Shown here piece after piece: positions 23,880-36,440 of a stretch of 64,000 nt of DNA; the first letter of the stretch is position 1, and each line of letters begins with the position of its first letter. Under the pieces are notes generated by a model. The model had not been told where the DNA came from and did no database searches. It saw only the letters and a list, made by a program, of their open reading frames with translations. Origin of the DNA: Sphagnum compactum (taxonomy: Eukaryota); NCBI GenBank assembly GCA_965153455.1, contig OZ234493.1, positions 13,134,213 to 13,198,212 of the forward strand, written 5' to 3'. The translations under genes were made by a program, and so were the position numbers.

Positions 23880-25549
23880 CTTTATCTTTAATAAAAACAC
23901 AACACATTGCTATGCTGATAAGACATTCATCTTGTTTTTGCTCATTTTGTGAGCTTTCTTGTCCTATTTCTTCAAGTATTTTATGCAGTACTTGTCAATG
24001 TCTAGTTGATTAGCACTAATTCGATCCATTGCATCCACAATGACCTTGTTGTTCTTGTCTGGAGTTTCAATGATTGGCATGAAAACATATGTTCACTTCC
24101 TTTTGATTCCAATGCTCTTAGGAATTGTTGATGTTCTCATTGTTCCAATTGTTGTTACTTTTGTTGTTCTTGTTATTGATGTTCTTGTTGTTTTAGCTCT
24201 TGTTTGTATTGTGCCTCTCATAAGTGTTGTGCAATTAGATGGAATGTCACCAAGATCAATGATTGGAAGATGTTGAGGAAGGCTTGTTCCAAAGGAGTGG
24301 GAAAATTCATCAAGATTGATCGCATTGTCTAAATTGTTGTTGATGTTTTTGGCTTTCTCCATTTCTAGAAATATTATAGTTTTCATTGCATAAGTTTTAC
24401 ATAAAAGATGGATTGAATTGTGCTACAAGGAAATAATTTTCTTTTTTCAATTGCACATAAATTCCATCTCCTTATGCTAGTACATCTTTCACATGTAATG
24501 GAACATTAATGTTTCTCTGACCTTGGAATGCCTCAATTGCATTGTAACGCTCCTCATTGAACTATCTTGGCAAATGGAATTTATCTTGTTCCTTTATATT
24601 AATTTTCTAATATGAGGTGTGGCATTTAGTACTTTTATGATAATTAGAAATCTTCTTATAATTGCTATTGATGTAATTCCATTTGTCTTTGCGGATTTTT
24701 CGATTGTATGGATTTTGGATCTTGTTATTGCTTGCATGTTTTCTAAAATTTTGTTTCATTTTTGTGCTGCAAGTATTATGGGTAGATGCAAGTTATGGTG
24801 GCTCACTTTTGTCACAAAACGATGTTTTTTCCTTGTGTACTCATTATTTAAATGCATGTGGCGATTAATATGTCTTTAGATTTATTAATTGGGACTTGGA
24901 TCTAAATTAAAAATTTCATTATGAAGAGAACTATGTGATTATTTATTAATCTTGAAGTTGAAAAATATGGATTGGTCATCTGATTAGAACATCACAAAAT
25001 AAAAAAATTATATTGATTCACATTCCAAATTTGTTATTGGGATTCAATATATAATGTAATACAAGATGATAAACTCATATGAAGAATCTTTTCTTTGAAA
25101 ACCTTGACTGTTTAATAGTTAGGGACTTTTGAATTGTTAAAATTTAACCATATTTTCATAAGTCCATATGAGTTCCAATTTTTGTTTTGTTTTAGATGGG
25201 GCATTATTCCTTTGGACTTTGTGGGTTTTCCTTTTAAGACTTTCAAATTAAAAATGACATCAACTACATTAAATACAAGTTTTCACATAAATTTGGTAAG
25301 GTTTCTAGGTGATTGAACATGTATTATTCAAATATTAGAATAATAATATTTTAAAAAGTAATAACCATGTCCATTTGAATCATTTAAAAATTTCTTGCAT
25401 GGACTTATACGGAGTGTAATTTCTTCCGTTACTAAACCATTGTACCATATATTCACCCTTATGTTTACTCTTGGATCAATGTTTTGTTTGATAATGCTAT
25501 GTTTTCTGTGTTTGTAGTGGATCAACGCAATCACTTCCTCATGGTTCAA
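23880..25549 (-). pseudogene. Harbinger accessory Myb/SANT (trihelix-like) DNA-binding protein pseudogene, split by a nested insertion
   Basis: Minus-strand fragments: NHEEVIALIHYKHRKH..IDPRVN|IILAAQK*NKILENMQ..RKDKWNYINSNYKKISNYHK..TSY*..EQDKFHLPR*FNEERYNAIEAFQG, then a T-rich low-complexity linker and a C-terminal VIVDAMDRI helix. The W-NKI / KDKW...YKK pattern is trihelix/Myb-SANT-like. Confidence 0.7.
24779..25458. mobile_element. Nested ~680-bp non-autonomous element (Tourist/PIF-like MITE) inside the Harbinger Myb ORF
   Basis: Flanked by TTA at 24776-24778 and 25459-25461. The ends are GGGTAGATGCAAGTTATGGTGG vs (reverse complement) GGGTGAATATATGGTACAATGG, 13/22 identical with 7 of 9 mismatches being transitions. 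Removing it restores the in-frame PRVN-IILAAQK junction. Confidence 0.65.
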
Positions 25550-27302
25550 GTTGGAGTTACATTGGCATGAGGTATCACTGGTCCCAATCTTTCCCCTTTG
25601 TTTTTCAAAGTTGAATTCTCCATTATGTTCTTTATTGAGTTTGCCATTGAACTATGTGGAGGAAGATGATGCCAATGAGATTCTAAAACATGAATGCACG
25701 GACAAAATTGTCGAATTTGAAGTCACGCGTGATTTCAATAAACAAGAAGTAGTGAACTCTTTTGCTGGACTTGAATTATTTTTATGTTCTTGTAACCTTG
25801 AAGTGCTTCTATGTTTTTGCTAACCTTGAATTGTTTCTATCCTATGATCCTACCATGAAATTGCTTATGTGCTTCTACAAATTTATTCAATCAATTGTTT
25901 CTATCTTATCTTCATGTAAACCTTAAATTATTTTTGTAACCCTACTAACCTTGAAATTTTTCTACATCCCTATTGACCTTGAAGTTGTGAACATTCTTGC
26001 AAGCCTTGAAACTATGAGCATATTAGCACTAGAACTTGAATCTTCAAGCTTTTCACTTGGAAAAAATTGAAACCACGCAAGTGATTGAACGTCATGTAGT
26101 TAAGCTGTCACATTGGGTTTGAAGTCAACAGTTGATCAACAATGTTAAGCTTGAAAATGTACATTTTCTGAATTTTTTTATCATTGCAATGTTTACTTGA
26201 CATTCACCTTAATGTTTAATATTAGTTTGTTCATTAGCAAGTCCATGTTAGCATTTACCTCATTTAGTTATTCATGAAATGTTGTTGGTTTGAACAATGT
26301 TTGTTATTTTTTATTTTATTAACAACATTATCTTTAAGTTTGAACACACCTTTAGTTCCCTAACCATGGGTTTCTATTTCAATTTGCCTTGTGTTATGAT
26401 TTTTCAAAAAGATGTAAGTTAGGTTGGTAGGTTATTCAATTTTCGTACAAGTAATTACATTTTTTTTGCACATATGTTAATTACATAATTTTCTTTCACA
26501 TGTAGTCATGTAGTTTTCTTTTCAAATAAATTTAATCACATAAAGAACACACCCAAAAAAAAAAAAAAACAAAAGAGAAAAATCCAAAAAAACCCCCCAA
26601 ACAAAGAGAAAGAAGCCAAAGAAGAAGAAAAGAAAAAAATTAGTGAGTTTATTAGTACGGAATTAGTGAGTTTCCAACAACCAGGAAAGATCGTTAAAGC
26701 TACATTACTGTGTGTAGGTAAGGCAGAGTAAATAAAATGTTACCCGGATTCACTACCCGTACGGTACTATTATACCCGACGGATCCGGTGGCGCTCTCTC
26801 TGCCGCGTGCGCAGTAGAAGGCAAGACACCACCCGCAGTTTTGTCTGCCGCTGCTGCTGCTGCTGCTTTTGCCGTCATCGCTGCTGCTGCTGCTGCTGCT
26901 GCTTCCCTCCGTGGCTTTGCGCTTCCGCATTTGATGTTGTCGTTGTTGTTCTTTTCTTGTGGGGCTTACGTTAGTTACATTTATCAGCTGGGGAAGAAAG
27001 AAGATCCGAAGAAGGAAAGAAAGTTACGATCAATATCGACGGATCTAGGACAAAATAGCTTTGCGGCTTAGCGGCTTACTGGTGCAGGTGTCTTGACGGC
27101 GCGGAGGAAGAGATAATATCGAGCACATAGAGTGTTAGAAATTTATGGATCTGGTTATATAAACGAAGTTTCTGAAACGAGGAAGAGGGGGAAACGAAGA
27201 CACGGAATAAGTAAGGGAGAGAGGAGGATTGACTTTGAGAGGAGTAGTGAAATTTAGGTGAGGTTTTTCATTTTCTTCTTCTTCTTCATTTTATCTTGCA
27301 TT

Positions 27303-30300
27303 ATGGCGACGGGGCAGATTTTTTCGCGAACGACACAGGCGCTGTTTTATAACTACAAGCCGAGTCCCGTGCAGCGGATGCTGGATTTCGACTTTCTTTG
27401 CGGTGCGTCACTTCCGCTTCTTCTGATGTCTAGTACTACATACATACATAGCATTTGTTCTTATAGTCTGTCTTCTTAGTCTGCAAGCATTTTGACTGAA
27501 GCAAAACGACGAGATCGGCACTTGCATATTCTGGTTCCTTGACTATTCTCTGGCAATGCCGGCCCGTGCTCCTGCGGAGACGTGACGTTATGGATATTGG
27601 ATGCGTTGTTGTTTCTCCACATTCCTTCCCGGAATACTACAGCATCAAAAAGCAGAAAAAAAAGCAGAAAAGCTGCAAAATGCTAGTATACAACTCCGAT
27701 AAGAATACTTAGATTTGCCAGAAGAGAAACGAATACTGCCCGCACGATCATCTTTCATGCCGCGATCGCACGTCCGCTGCATCGTTCCTCGGCTTTCAGA
27801 CCACAATGCCATTGTCTGGAAACACATCACCTTTTAAACCTTCACTGGATGTGCGCCACGGGAAACCCTGGAAGAATCTGCCTGATCGCTCTTTCCTGCG
27901 AGCACGAGCTGAGAAGAGTTTCCTGATAATCCGAACCTGGCCAGCAATATGAGGGCTTTCATTGATGACTAGAAACACTAGAAGACTACAACACCTCGCA
28001 ATTCTGTGATCCTCTCTGCTGCCATAAAACATGTCAGATCCTTCAGATGAATCGCACATTGTGCTCAACTATCAGAAGTCTCTGTGTAAGTAGCGGCTCT
28101 ACAAAGGTTGTAATGTCAGGAAGTTTGTGAGCAGCTGTATGTGTGACTCACTTGTGGGATGAACAACAGGAAGGGAGACACCATCGGTTGCAGGAGTGAT
28201 CCAACCTGGATCTGAGGGTTTTCAGAAGCTCTTTTTTGGGCAAGAGGAGATTGCAGTGCCAGTATACAGCAGGTATTTTATACTGTTCTTACAAAACAAG
28301 AACTGAAGCCTAACAAGTGCTGAATTTTCTTTTGTACCTTCTTGCTTCAATACCCACATGCAAGCTATAAGTTTGATCTGATGTTGCGGCTCTCACCTGA
28401 AATACTTTTTTTCTTTTGTTTTGTGTGATATATTTTTGGTTTTGGTGCAGCATTGTTTCAGCATGCAAAGTTCATGCAACAGCTGATGTCTTCATCAACT
28501 TTGCTTCCTTCCGCAGGTGTGTGATCTCTCCATTGGGTACTCAAGAAACTAGCTCTGAAGATAAAAAAGAGCCTCAGAGGCTTGGCCTGATTGACCTAAT
28601 GTTTCTCTGGATACCTATAAGGACAACTTCACTACCAGGATGGTAGTGATATTAAGGCAAAGAATGAGACAGTGTTGTGCCCTTTTATCTATTCTGTGAA
28701 ACAATGCACACAAACATCCATGTAATTTGTAACCTTTGCCAGGAGTTCACAGATTCTTTTGTGTTCCTTACTGATTGATTTACCATGAAAGCAAACTCTG
28801 GATGTGCTGCTTCCAGTGCTTTTGCTTCATCCATGGAGGCACTCCAACAGCCAACAATACGAATAATTGCCATCATTGCCGAGGGAGTCCCAGAGGCAGA
28901 TGCAAAGAAACTGATAGCTTATGCTCGTGCAAACAACAAGGTTTTTGACACCCCTTCCTCCCATACTCCACGGAGACTTACACACTCTATGTTCCTCCAC
29001 TTGTAAGCTTGTGCCATTGGTTTGTCTCAACTATGTGCAACATGAACTGATCAAAATCCTAGGGAATCAGGTTGTCACAAATTTATAGGCATTTTTTTAG
29101 AGAATTTTTTTTTGGGGGAGGTGGAATCTGGTTTGCTGACAGGAATTGGATTTGTGCAGATTATCCTTGGACCTTCTACAGTTGGGGGCATTCAGGCTGG
29201 TGCCTTCAAAATTGGGGATACTGCTGGGACATTGGACAACATAATACACTGCAAGCTACACAGACCAGGCTCTGTTGGTTTTGTTTCTAAGTCGGTAAGT
29301 TCACCTCGATGTCATCATTTTGTTTGATCTGCTTGAGACCCTGACATTGGTAAGTAACTTCAAATTTCCTGAAGCATGTTGGGAAATCATCATGTTGTTG
29401 ATTCATTTTAACTCTTTCAGCTTGCAATCTAGTCTTATGATATCACATAACACTAAACAAAGATCAACCTGACACATCTGAAAGCTTAAATGAAAGTTTT
29501 ATTGACTAATGTTCTCAGTGGGATGTTAGAGTTCCATTGTTTTCAGAGGTCAGCCCTTAGGTTCAAATATTTTTGGTGAAAGAATAAGTTCAAGATAAGG
29601 TCTATCAAGTCTCTCTATAACTTCAAGCTGTGGTTGGGTGTGAAATCTTAATAACCTTAACAGTGGGTCATCTCTCAATTCTTTTTGGATTCTGCTTAAA
29701 TTGCAAGCACACTTATGAATATATATCCCTTATGTTTGGTCAGTACAGTCAATTGGTAACATAATAGTAGTAACTGTGCAGTTTCTGTAGCTAACTTCTA
29801 CCCCATCATATGTATGAGTTCAATTTTTGGATCATCTTGTTAGGTTGAATTTTTCCTAGTTTTTCTTTCTCTATATCATACTTAGTAAATAGGGTTCTGT
29901 AAGATCTCTTAGTTCCTGACACCCTGATTTCTCCAACTTCATGTATCTAGACAAAGACTTTGTATGTCATCTCTTATACTGTAAGTTTTTCTGTGAGCTT
30001 TATTGTACTTCTAATAACTTGTCATACCATTTCATTGATTGAGCATATCCCCAATATTCAAATAGCTTAAGCATTGACATTTTTTTGAGAAGTGTTTTAA
30101 GACAGAATATGCAGCTATCAACATGACTCATATGCATCAAGGGGATTGTTCAGACTCTGCTAAATTTGTAGTTAATAGTCAGTTTTATAGGTTCTGATGG
30201 ATTTGTAGCTCAAATGGCGAGCTCGATTAGTATTCTGAAAAGAGAAGGTTACCTCTAAAGTTCCTATCAAAATGAACTAAAGGTTTGCTGATCAATGAAT

Positions 30301-33300
30301 GATTTCTGTTTGGTGTTTCCATATTTCAAATCTTGAAAATGATTATTGCAAAGGCTTCTTAATAATGGGTGGGGAACTTCTCAAGGTCCATTTCTTATCA
30401 TCAAAAGCTAATGGTCTTAAAGGTCTCCATCCCATTTCTCTCTTTGATTCCTCTTTCTTTGTTTGGCTTTCTTTTTCTTTCTTGTTCTTTTTTTTCTTGG
30501 TCATCTCTTTCTCTCTTATGTCTTTTTAAGCTCCACAGCATCATGTCTAAGAGTCTTCCCATTACTGCCAGTCTTGTGCCAGCAACTGGGTACATTGGAA
30601 AATGTATGGCATTGACCTCCACCCACTATTGGCAGCTGATGAAGCCAATGGAGATGTTGAAGTAGCTGGTCACTACCATCCATGTTGCTGTTGAAGGTCT
30701 TGAACATGTGTGTAACAGTCAACGTTGTTCAAGCTGCTCTTTGGTCTTATTTTCTTGTTTCAAGCTTCTCACTTTCTTAAGGGTTGGGTTTCCTCTTTTC
30801 TTGTCGATATGTTTTCAGATCTGAAATCTCTGTAAAATGCTCATCTCTTAATTCTGGTCAGGTTGAATTAATCCATAAGTATTCAGAATGTCTCATTACT
30901 TACGAAGATGTTGTGTCTCCACCTTCTGTGCTGCACAGTTCTCTTTTCATGAATTATCTCCAGATTATAAGGAATATTAATTTGAAACCCCTGACAAGAC
31001 CACTTGAGTATTTGCACCCCACTCCAGCCACTCTGCGCTATGGAATTTATTTGACTGTCTTACAGGCAATGGGCCATTGTTGCGTTTGGCCAGGGAGGTA
31101 TGTCAAATGAAATGTACAATGTCCTTGCTCGAGTCACAGATGGGCTCTATGAAGGCATTGCCATTGGTGGAGATGCGTATCCAGGGTCAACTCTTTCTGA
31201 CCATGTCTTGCGGTTCAACAACATCCCACAGGTAGGATGTCAATGCAAAGATCATAATGCTATTCCAATGCTAGTACAGCAGAAATTTATCCAATTTGGG
31301 AAATCAACAGTTTATGTCAGCAATCTTAATTACTGGGATAGGATTCATGGCCTCCTTGTCCAAATAGGGAGACTTTCTGACCATTTCAGGAGGAATCTGC
31401 ATACTTTATTGCCTGACCTTGTAATGATCAGTCCACTGTTCCAGTTTGGTAACTTTCTCAACCTGAAAGAAGTTTTATTTTGTTAGGCAACAAAAACAAT
31501 GCACAAGGAGGGTTGAGGGCCCCAGGGGGCTAGGGGGTGATTTGTGAAGGGAGCCATGGCAATGGGCATTCCCCTGATTACAGAGATGAACTTTACTTTT
31601 GGAACAGGATATGGAATAAAATGGCCTAATGAGTTTGCTTCAGAGTCATGCTTCTGCTGAGCTGTGGTTGCCTTGTGGATTCAACAGATAAAGATGATAG
31701 TTGTGCTGGGTGAGTTGGGGGGCTGCGATGAGTATTCGCTGGTGGACGCACTGCAACAGGGTAGGGTACACAAGCCAGTGGTGGCGTGGGTCAGTGGCAC
31801 TTGTGCCCGCCTTTTCAAGTCAGAAGTCCAGTTTGGCCATGCTGTGAGTTCCTGCTAATCATCTGCACTCCCTTGTTTCTCCCTTGTATCATTGGTCTAC
31901 CTGCTCCCTCGCATCCCAATTGTGGAGACCACCTGTCCAATTCAAAAGTTCAATTTTGCCATGCCATGAGCTCCATACTCATCATCTGCATTTGCCTTTC
32001 CATCCGAATAGCTGGTTTCCCAGTGGTGACATTGGCAGACATTCCTTTTCTCTTGAGAAAGTATAGCTTGGTCTTGAAGTGCTTCTGGTGGACATTGGAC
32101 TATTCTGGTCCTGCTGTACTGCTATGTCTTTTTCCATTGTCAATATCTGCACATTGGTGGGTACAGTTGCACATATCACCATCATTTAAGGGACCAGATA
32201 GACTTAATGTCCAGCAGGTCATCAGTAACTACAGTGTGTTTACCTGTGTGCTGCACTTTTGGGTGGCATTTGTATCTCTCTTTGTGGGAGTGATGAGATT
32301 ACTCCAAATCTGTGTGAACAAATCTTTGATCACAGAAATCTGGTTGTGTGTAAAAGGGTGCCAAGAGTGGTGGAGACAAGGAGTCAGCTCAGGCAAAGAA
32401 CAAAGCACTGCTAGATGCTGGTGCAATTGTACCTATGTCTTTTGAAGGGTTGGAAGCTGCTGTGAAAGCCACCTATGACACGCTGGTATAAATGCCTGAT
32501 AATTGCTCTCTCTTTCTGGGGAAAATGTAGGCCAGGTTTTGCAATGCATAGCAAGACATGTGATTGATGAGATAGATACTAACTTGACAATCTGTAGACA
32601 GTAGAGTGCAATGTCTGAAATTCTTTAATGGTGGCAGGTTCGAAAGGAAGTCATAGTGCCTGTTAAGGAGGCCATCCCACCCACAGTTCCTGAGGACCTG
32701 AACTTCGCAATTAAAAGTGGGAAAGTGCGGGCACCAACTCATATTGTTTCCACCATTTGTGATGATAGAGGTACCTCTTCCTTATCTATGCAGTCTAATA
32801 GTGTGTGATGCTATCTGTGACTCTTATCAATCCAGCAATCTGATTTGATCCCATTATGTGAGTGTTGAGCACAGCTGAAATTCCCTGTGTTAAACCTTGT
32901 TGCTCGAATGTGTGATTCCTGAATGCGGGATTGCCATTGGTTATCATCATTGGCCAAAGGATCCTATTTTAATTGCACAAAGGTCATGACTCAGACCCAA
33001 TTTCTTGAGATTGGATTCCACAAATCTCTCTTTTCTGTGGGTGAAGTTCACCAAGAGTGGTTTGTCAGGCATGAAATGTGGATTCTTCCTGATCAGTATA
33101 TGGACTGTTCAAGATGCCAAACATATCATTCCCATTCTTAAGAAGTTTTTGCAGGCTCTAGTTGATAACTCAACTCCAGCTTGTTGGCACAAACTGTGTG
33201 GGATCTAGTACATTAAGTATATTTGAAGTGCTCATTCCCCACTCTTTGAACATTGTGTGCTATGGTATCAGGAGAGGAGCCAACATATGCAGGGGTTGCT

Positions 33301-34723
33301 ATGTCTTATATCATTGAGAGTAACTATGGCATTGGTGATGTTATCTCCCTCTTGTGGTTCAAACGCAGTCTTCCTCGCTACTGTACCAAATTTATTGAGG
33401 TAGTTGTCAGAACTTTGAACCCTGCATCCCCTTGTCCTAGTGTGCATTCTGGTCTCTTAGCTGTAGATTAAGACAAGTATGGCTGCTTGGCCCATAAAAT
33501 GCTTTTAGCTTCACAGAAATCCCTTTTCTCTATTATGTCATAGCCAGCAGTAGTGACACAAAGTTAGAGATGGACGGGCACCTAATTGATGTTTGCTTGG
33601 ACTGCAGATGTGTATTATGCTGTGTGCTGACCATGGTCCTTGTGTATCGGGTGCACACAATGCTATTGTTACAGCACGTGCAGGAAAAGACTTGGTTTCC
33701 AGTCTTGTCTCTGGTATTGTTCTTTCCCTTGCTCATTTTGAACCAATCATTTTCTCTGGATTTGTTCAAGGGCATCCATCTACATGAAAATATCACCATA
33801 TAAAATGGTTGTTGTGATGTTGCTTCAGTTGACATTATAAAGCTTCTTCCCATCTGAACCAGGTCTGCTTACAATTGGCCCTCGATTTGGTGGGGCTATT
33901 GATGATGCTGCCCGCTACTTCAAAGATGCACATGACAGGGGCCTGTCACCCTATGAGTTTGTAGAAAGCATGAAGAAGAAGGGAATTCGAGTGCCTGGCA
34001 TTGGTCACAGGTACTATAGTTTATATCTGTCAACAGCTTTCATTTTAAGAGAGGAACAATACATTCTCAGTGCTCTTTGTTCACAGCTAAGTGAGATGTT
34101 TGTCATCAATGTGGGCAGGATTAAAAGTCGGGACAACCGTGACAAAAGAGTTGAGTTGCTGCAAAAATATGGTCGCACACACTTCCCTGCTGTGAAATAC
34201 ATGGAGTATGCAGTGACTGTGGAGACCTATACTCTGACTAAAGCAAACAACCTGGTCATGAATGTCGATGGTGCCATTGGATCCCTCTTCCTTGACTTGC
34301 TAGGTAGCTGTGCAATGTTCACTCAGCAAGAAATTGATGAAATTGTGGAGATTGGCTACCTGAATGGTCTTTTTGTTCTTGCAAGGAGCATTGGATTAAT
34401 TGGGTATGCAGTCCTCTTCTCCCCTCTAGATACTAAACCACTATATCTTTCCCTCATACTGTCTGCACAGTGCAGTTTCAGTTGAATGTATGAGTGTGCA
34501 CTTAACATGATGCTTCATGATGCTAATGAGTCATGAATTGCAATGAATATACCTACAGAGCAGCTTGTAAATTGTCTTCTTCTCAAGCCAATAAGCAACT
34601 ATGACATAAAATTTCTGACATGCTCTACATTTGCTATGCAGACACACGTTTGACCAAAAACGCTTGAAGCAGCCTCTTTACCGACATCCCTGGGAAGATG
34701 TTCTCTACACAAAATATTCATAG
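27303..34723 (+). CDS. ACLB: ATP-citrate lyase (ATP-citrate synthase) beta chain / subunit B, ~610 aa, 14 exons
   Basis: Exons 27303-27402, 28170-28272, 28451-28516, 28817-28940, 29160-29294, 31094-31231, 31688-31843, 32357-32485, 32638-32770, 33272-33399, 33608-33713, 33863-34010, 34119-34403, 34642-34723, all GT-AG, totalling 1833 nt. Sequence landmarks: [39 protein letters not shown], phospho-His loop [66 protein letters not shown]. Confidence 0.98.
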
Positions 34724-36158
34724 GCGCGCAATTTAAAAAATGGAACATCATGAAGCTAAGCAACAAACAGTATGGGCTATCAGGTATACTGCACTTGAAC
34801 CTCTTAAGAACACAGTCTTTGATTTCATGTTTTAGGGGGAAAATGTGTGTCAGTAAACAGTTCAATGCTGGTTTACCACCAATGATCCCCATCTTTGGAG
34901 ATGAAACTGTTGAGTTTTTATTGTTTTAAAGAAGACAAAGGATTGCAGAAGTTCGATGGGGAAGTTAGTTATCTCTCCTTCAGCTTTCTTTATGAAGTAT
35001 TATTTTTTTCCCCCAACCTTAGTACTAAGTTTGATAGCCACATGTACTACGGAGTTGGGAAGGATTGGTCATAGAGTTTTTTTCTTTTTCTTCCCCCCCA
35101 GATTTGTATCAACTTCTTTCAAAAATTTAGTGTTTTCATTTTCATCATGAATGTGAAAACAGCAATTCTTCTGGGTGGAAGCTCTTGTGAGAAGAAACAT
35201 CAAGAAGGGGGGTGGGGGGGAGGGATTTTGAATGAATTTTTTCAGTGGTATGGAAAGTTCAAGAAACATCTTCATTTCTTGTTTTTGTGTCTGCTCAATT
35301 CTGTCTTCTCACATTTGTGCATAAAATGTGAATCAAATGAGAAGTTATAGATATCGTCTAATGCCTCACCAACCTGGATTTTTAATTTTAATTTGGTTAT
35401 TGTGGTTTGCTACTTATTTTCCTTCTGGGTGGGTGGATGTTGGGGAACCCTTTTCAAATTGAACTTTTCCCCATTTTTTTTTGCAATTATTTCAAACTAT
35501 TTCAAATTTTATGTGCCAAAAAAAGAGTTTACAAAAACTATTCTACTCATTTCAATCTTGTATTTTATCAGATGGGTTCTGTGTGGGAAGAAGGAACATT
35601 TAGTTGGTTGGTGGCTTGTTCCCCAAAATCCAAAATGATTTAATGCTTGTTGATGAAAAGGTTTTGTCTTACGGTTGTTTCTGTTCAAGAAAGTAAACAA
35701 ATCTTAATGCAAGATGGTAGTTGGGAAATGAAGCAAATCAAGTAGGGAGTAATAGTATTATTTGGATGTCTTGATAACTTGTGAATTTCGTTTACAGAAT
35801 GAAAAACAATGTAGTGAATTTGATGAAGCCAAATCATCTTTTAATTTTTTTAATAAATTATTTATATCCTCTGGCTCTGTATGAGTGCCTGTAAGCTCAA
35901 TTAGTGAGTTAAAAACAGCTACAAATGTTGCAATGTGAAAGTCAAGACCTTCATGGAAATCGAAATATGGCTTGAAAGCTCATGTTTATGGTAAAGCCCC
36001 AATGTGGGTCCCTTTACCAAAACGAGGGGCCTAAGATGAGGTGGTAGCTGAGTCCTGATTCACATTTTGAGAACTACCCCCACTTGTGGGCTATACCCAT
36101 TGAAAAGCAGGAGGCAAAGGTTATCAGAACCTAAACAAATGTAGATCATTAAGCGTCA

Positions 36159-36440
36159 GAGGGAGGGGTCATTACGTCCACTACTTAAGAGTGCAAGAGA
36201 GATTATTATGCCTTTAATTTAGGTGTAAGATCCCTTCCAAAAGGGTTAGAGGGGGAGGGGTTATTGCGCCTACTACTTAAGAGTGCAAGAGAGATTATGC
36301 CTATAATTTAGGTGTAAGGTCCCTTCCAAAAGGGTTAGAGGGGGAGGGTTATTATGCCTACTAATTAAGTGTTCAAGAGAGATTATGCCTATAATTTAGG
36401 TGTAAGATACCTTCCAAAAGGGTTAGAGGGGAAGGGTTAC
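36159..36440. repeat. Tandem repeat, ~87-90 bp unit x3
   Basis: GAGGGGGAGGGTTATT..CTACT(T)AAGAGTGCAAGAGAGATTATGCCTATAATTTAGGTGTAAGATCCCTTCCAAAAGGGTTA repeated three times. Confidence 0.9.

Larger units (their letters stand above)
21919..26351. mobile_element. Decayed PIF/Harbinger DNA transposon (~4.4 kb)
   Basis: TTA|AGGCCTATTCATACTTGGAGG at the left end and AAGTTTGAACACACCT|TTA at the right end. The TIRs match 12/16, extend further with transition mismatches, and are flanked by a TTA TSD. It encloses a + strand DDE transposase pseudogene and a convergent - strand Myb/trihelix pseudogene, the canonical two-ORF Harbinger layout. Confidence 0.8.
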
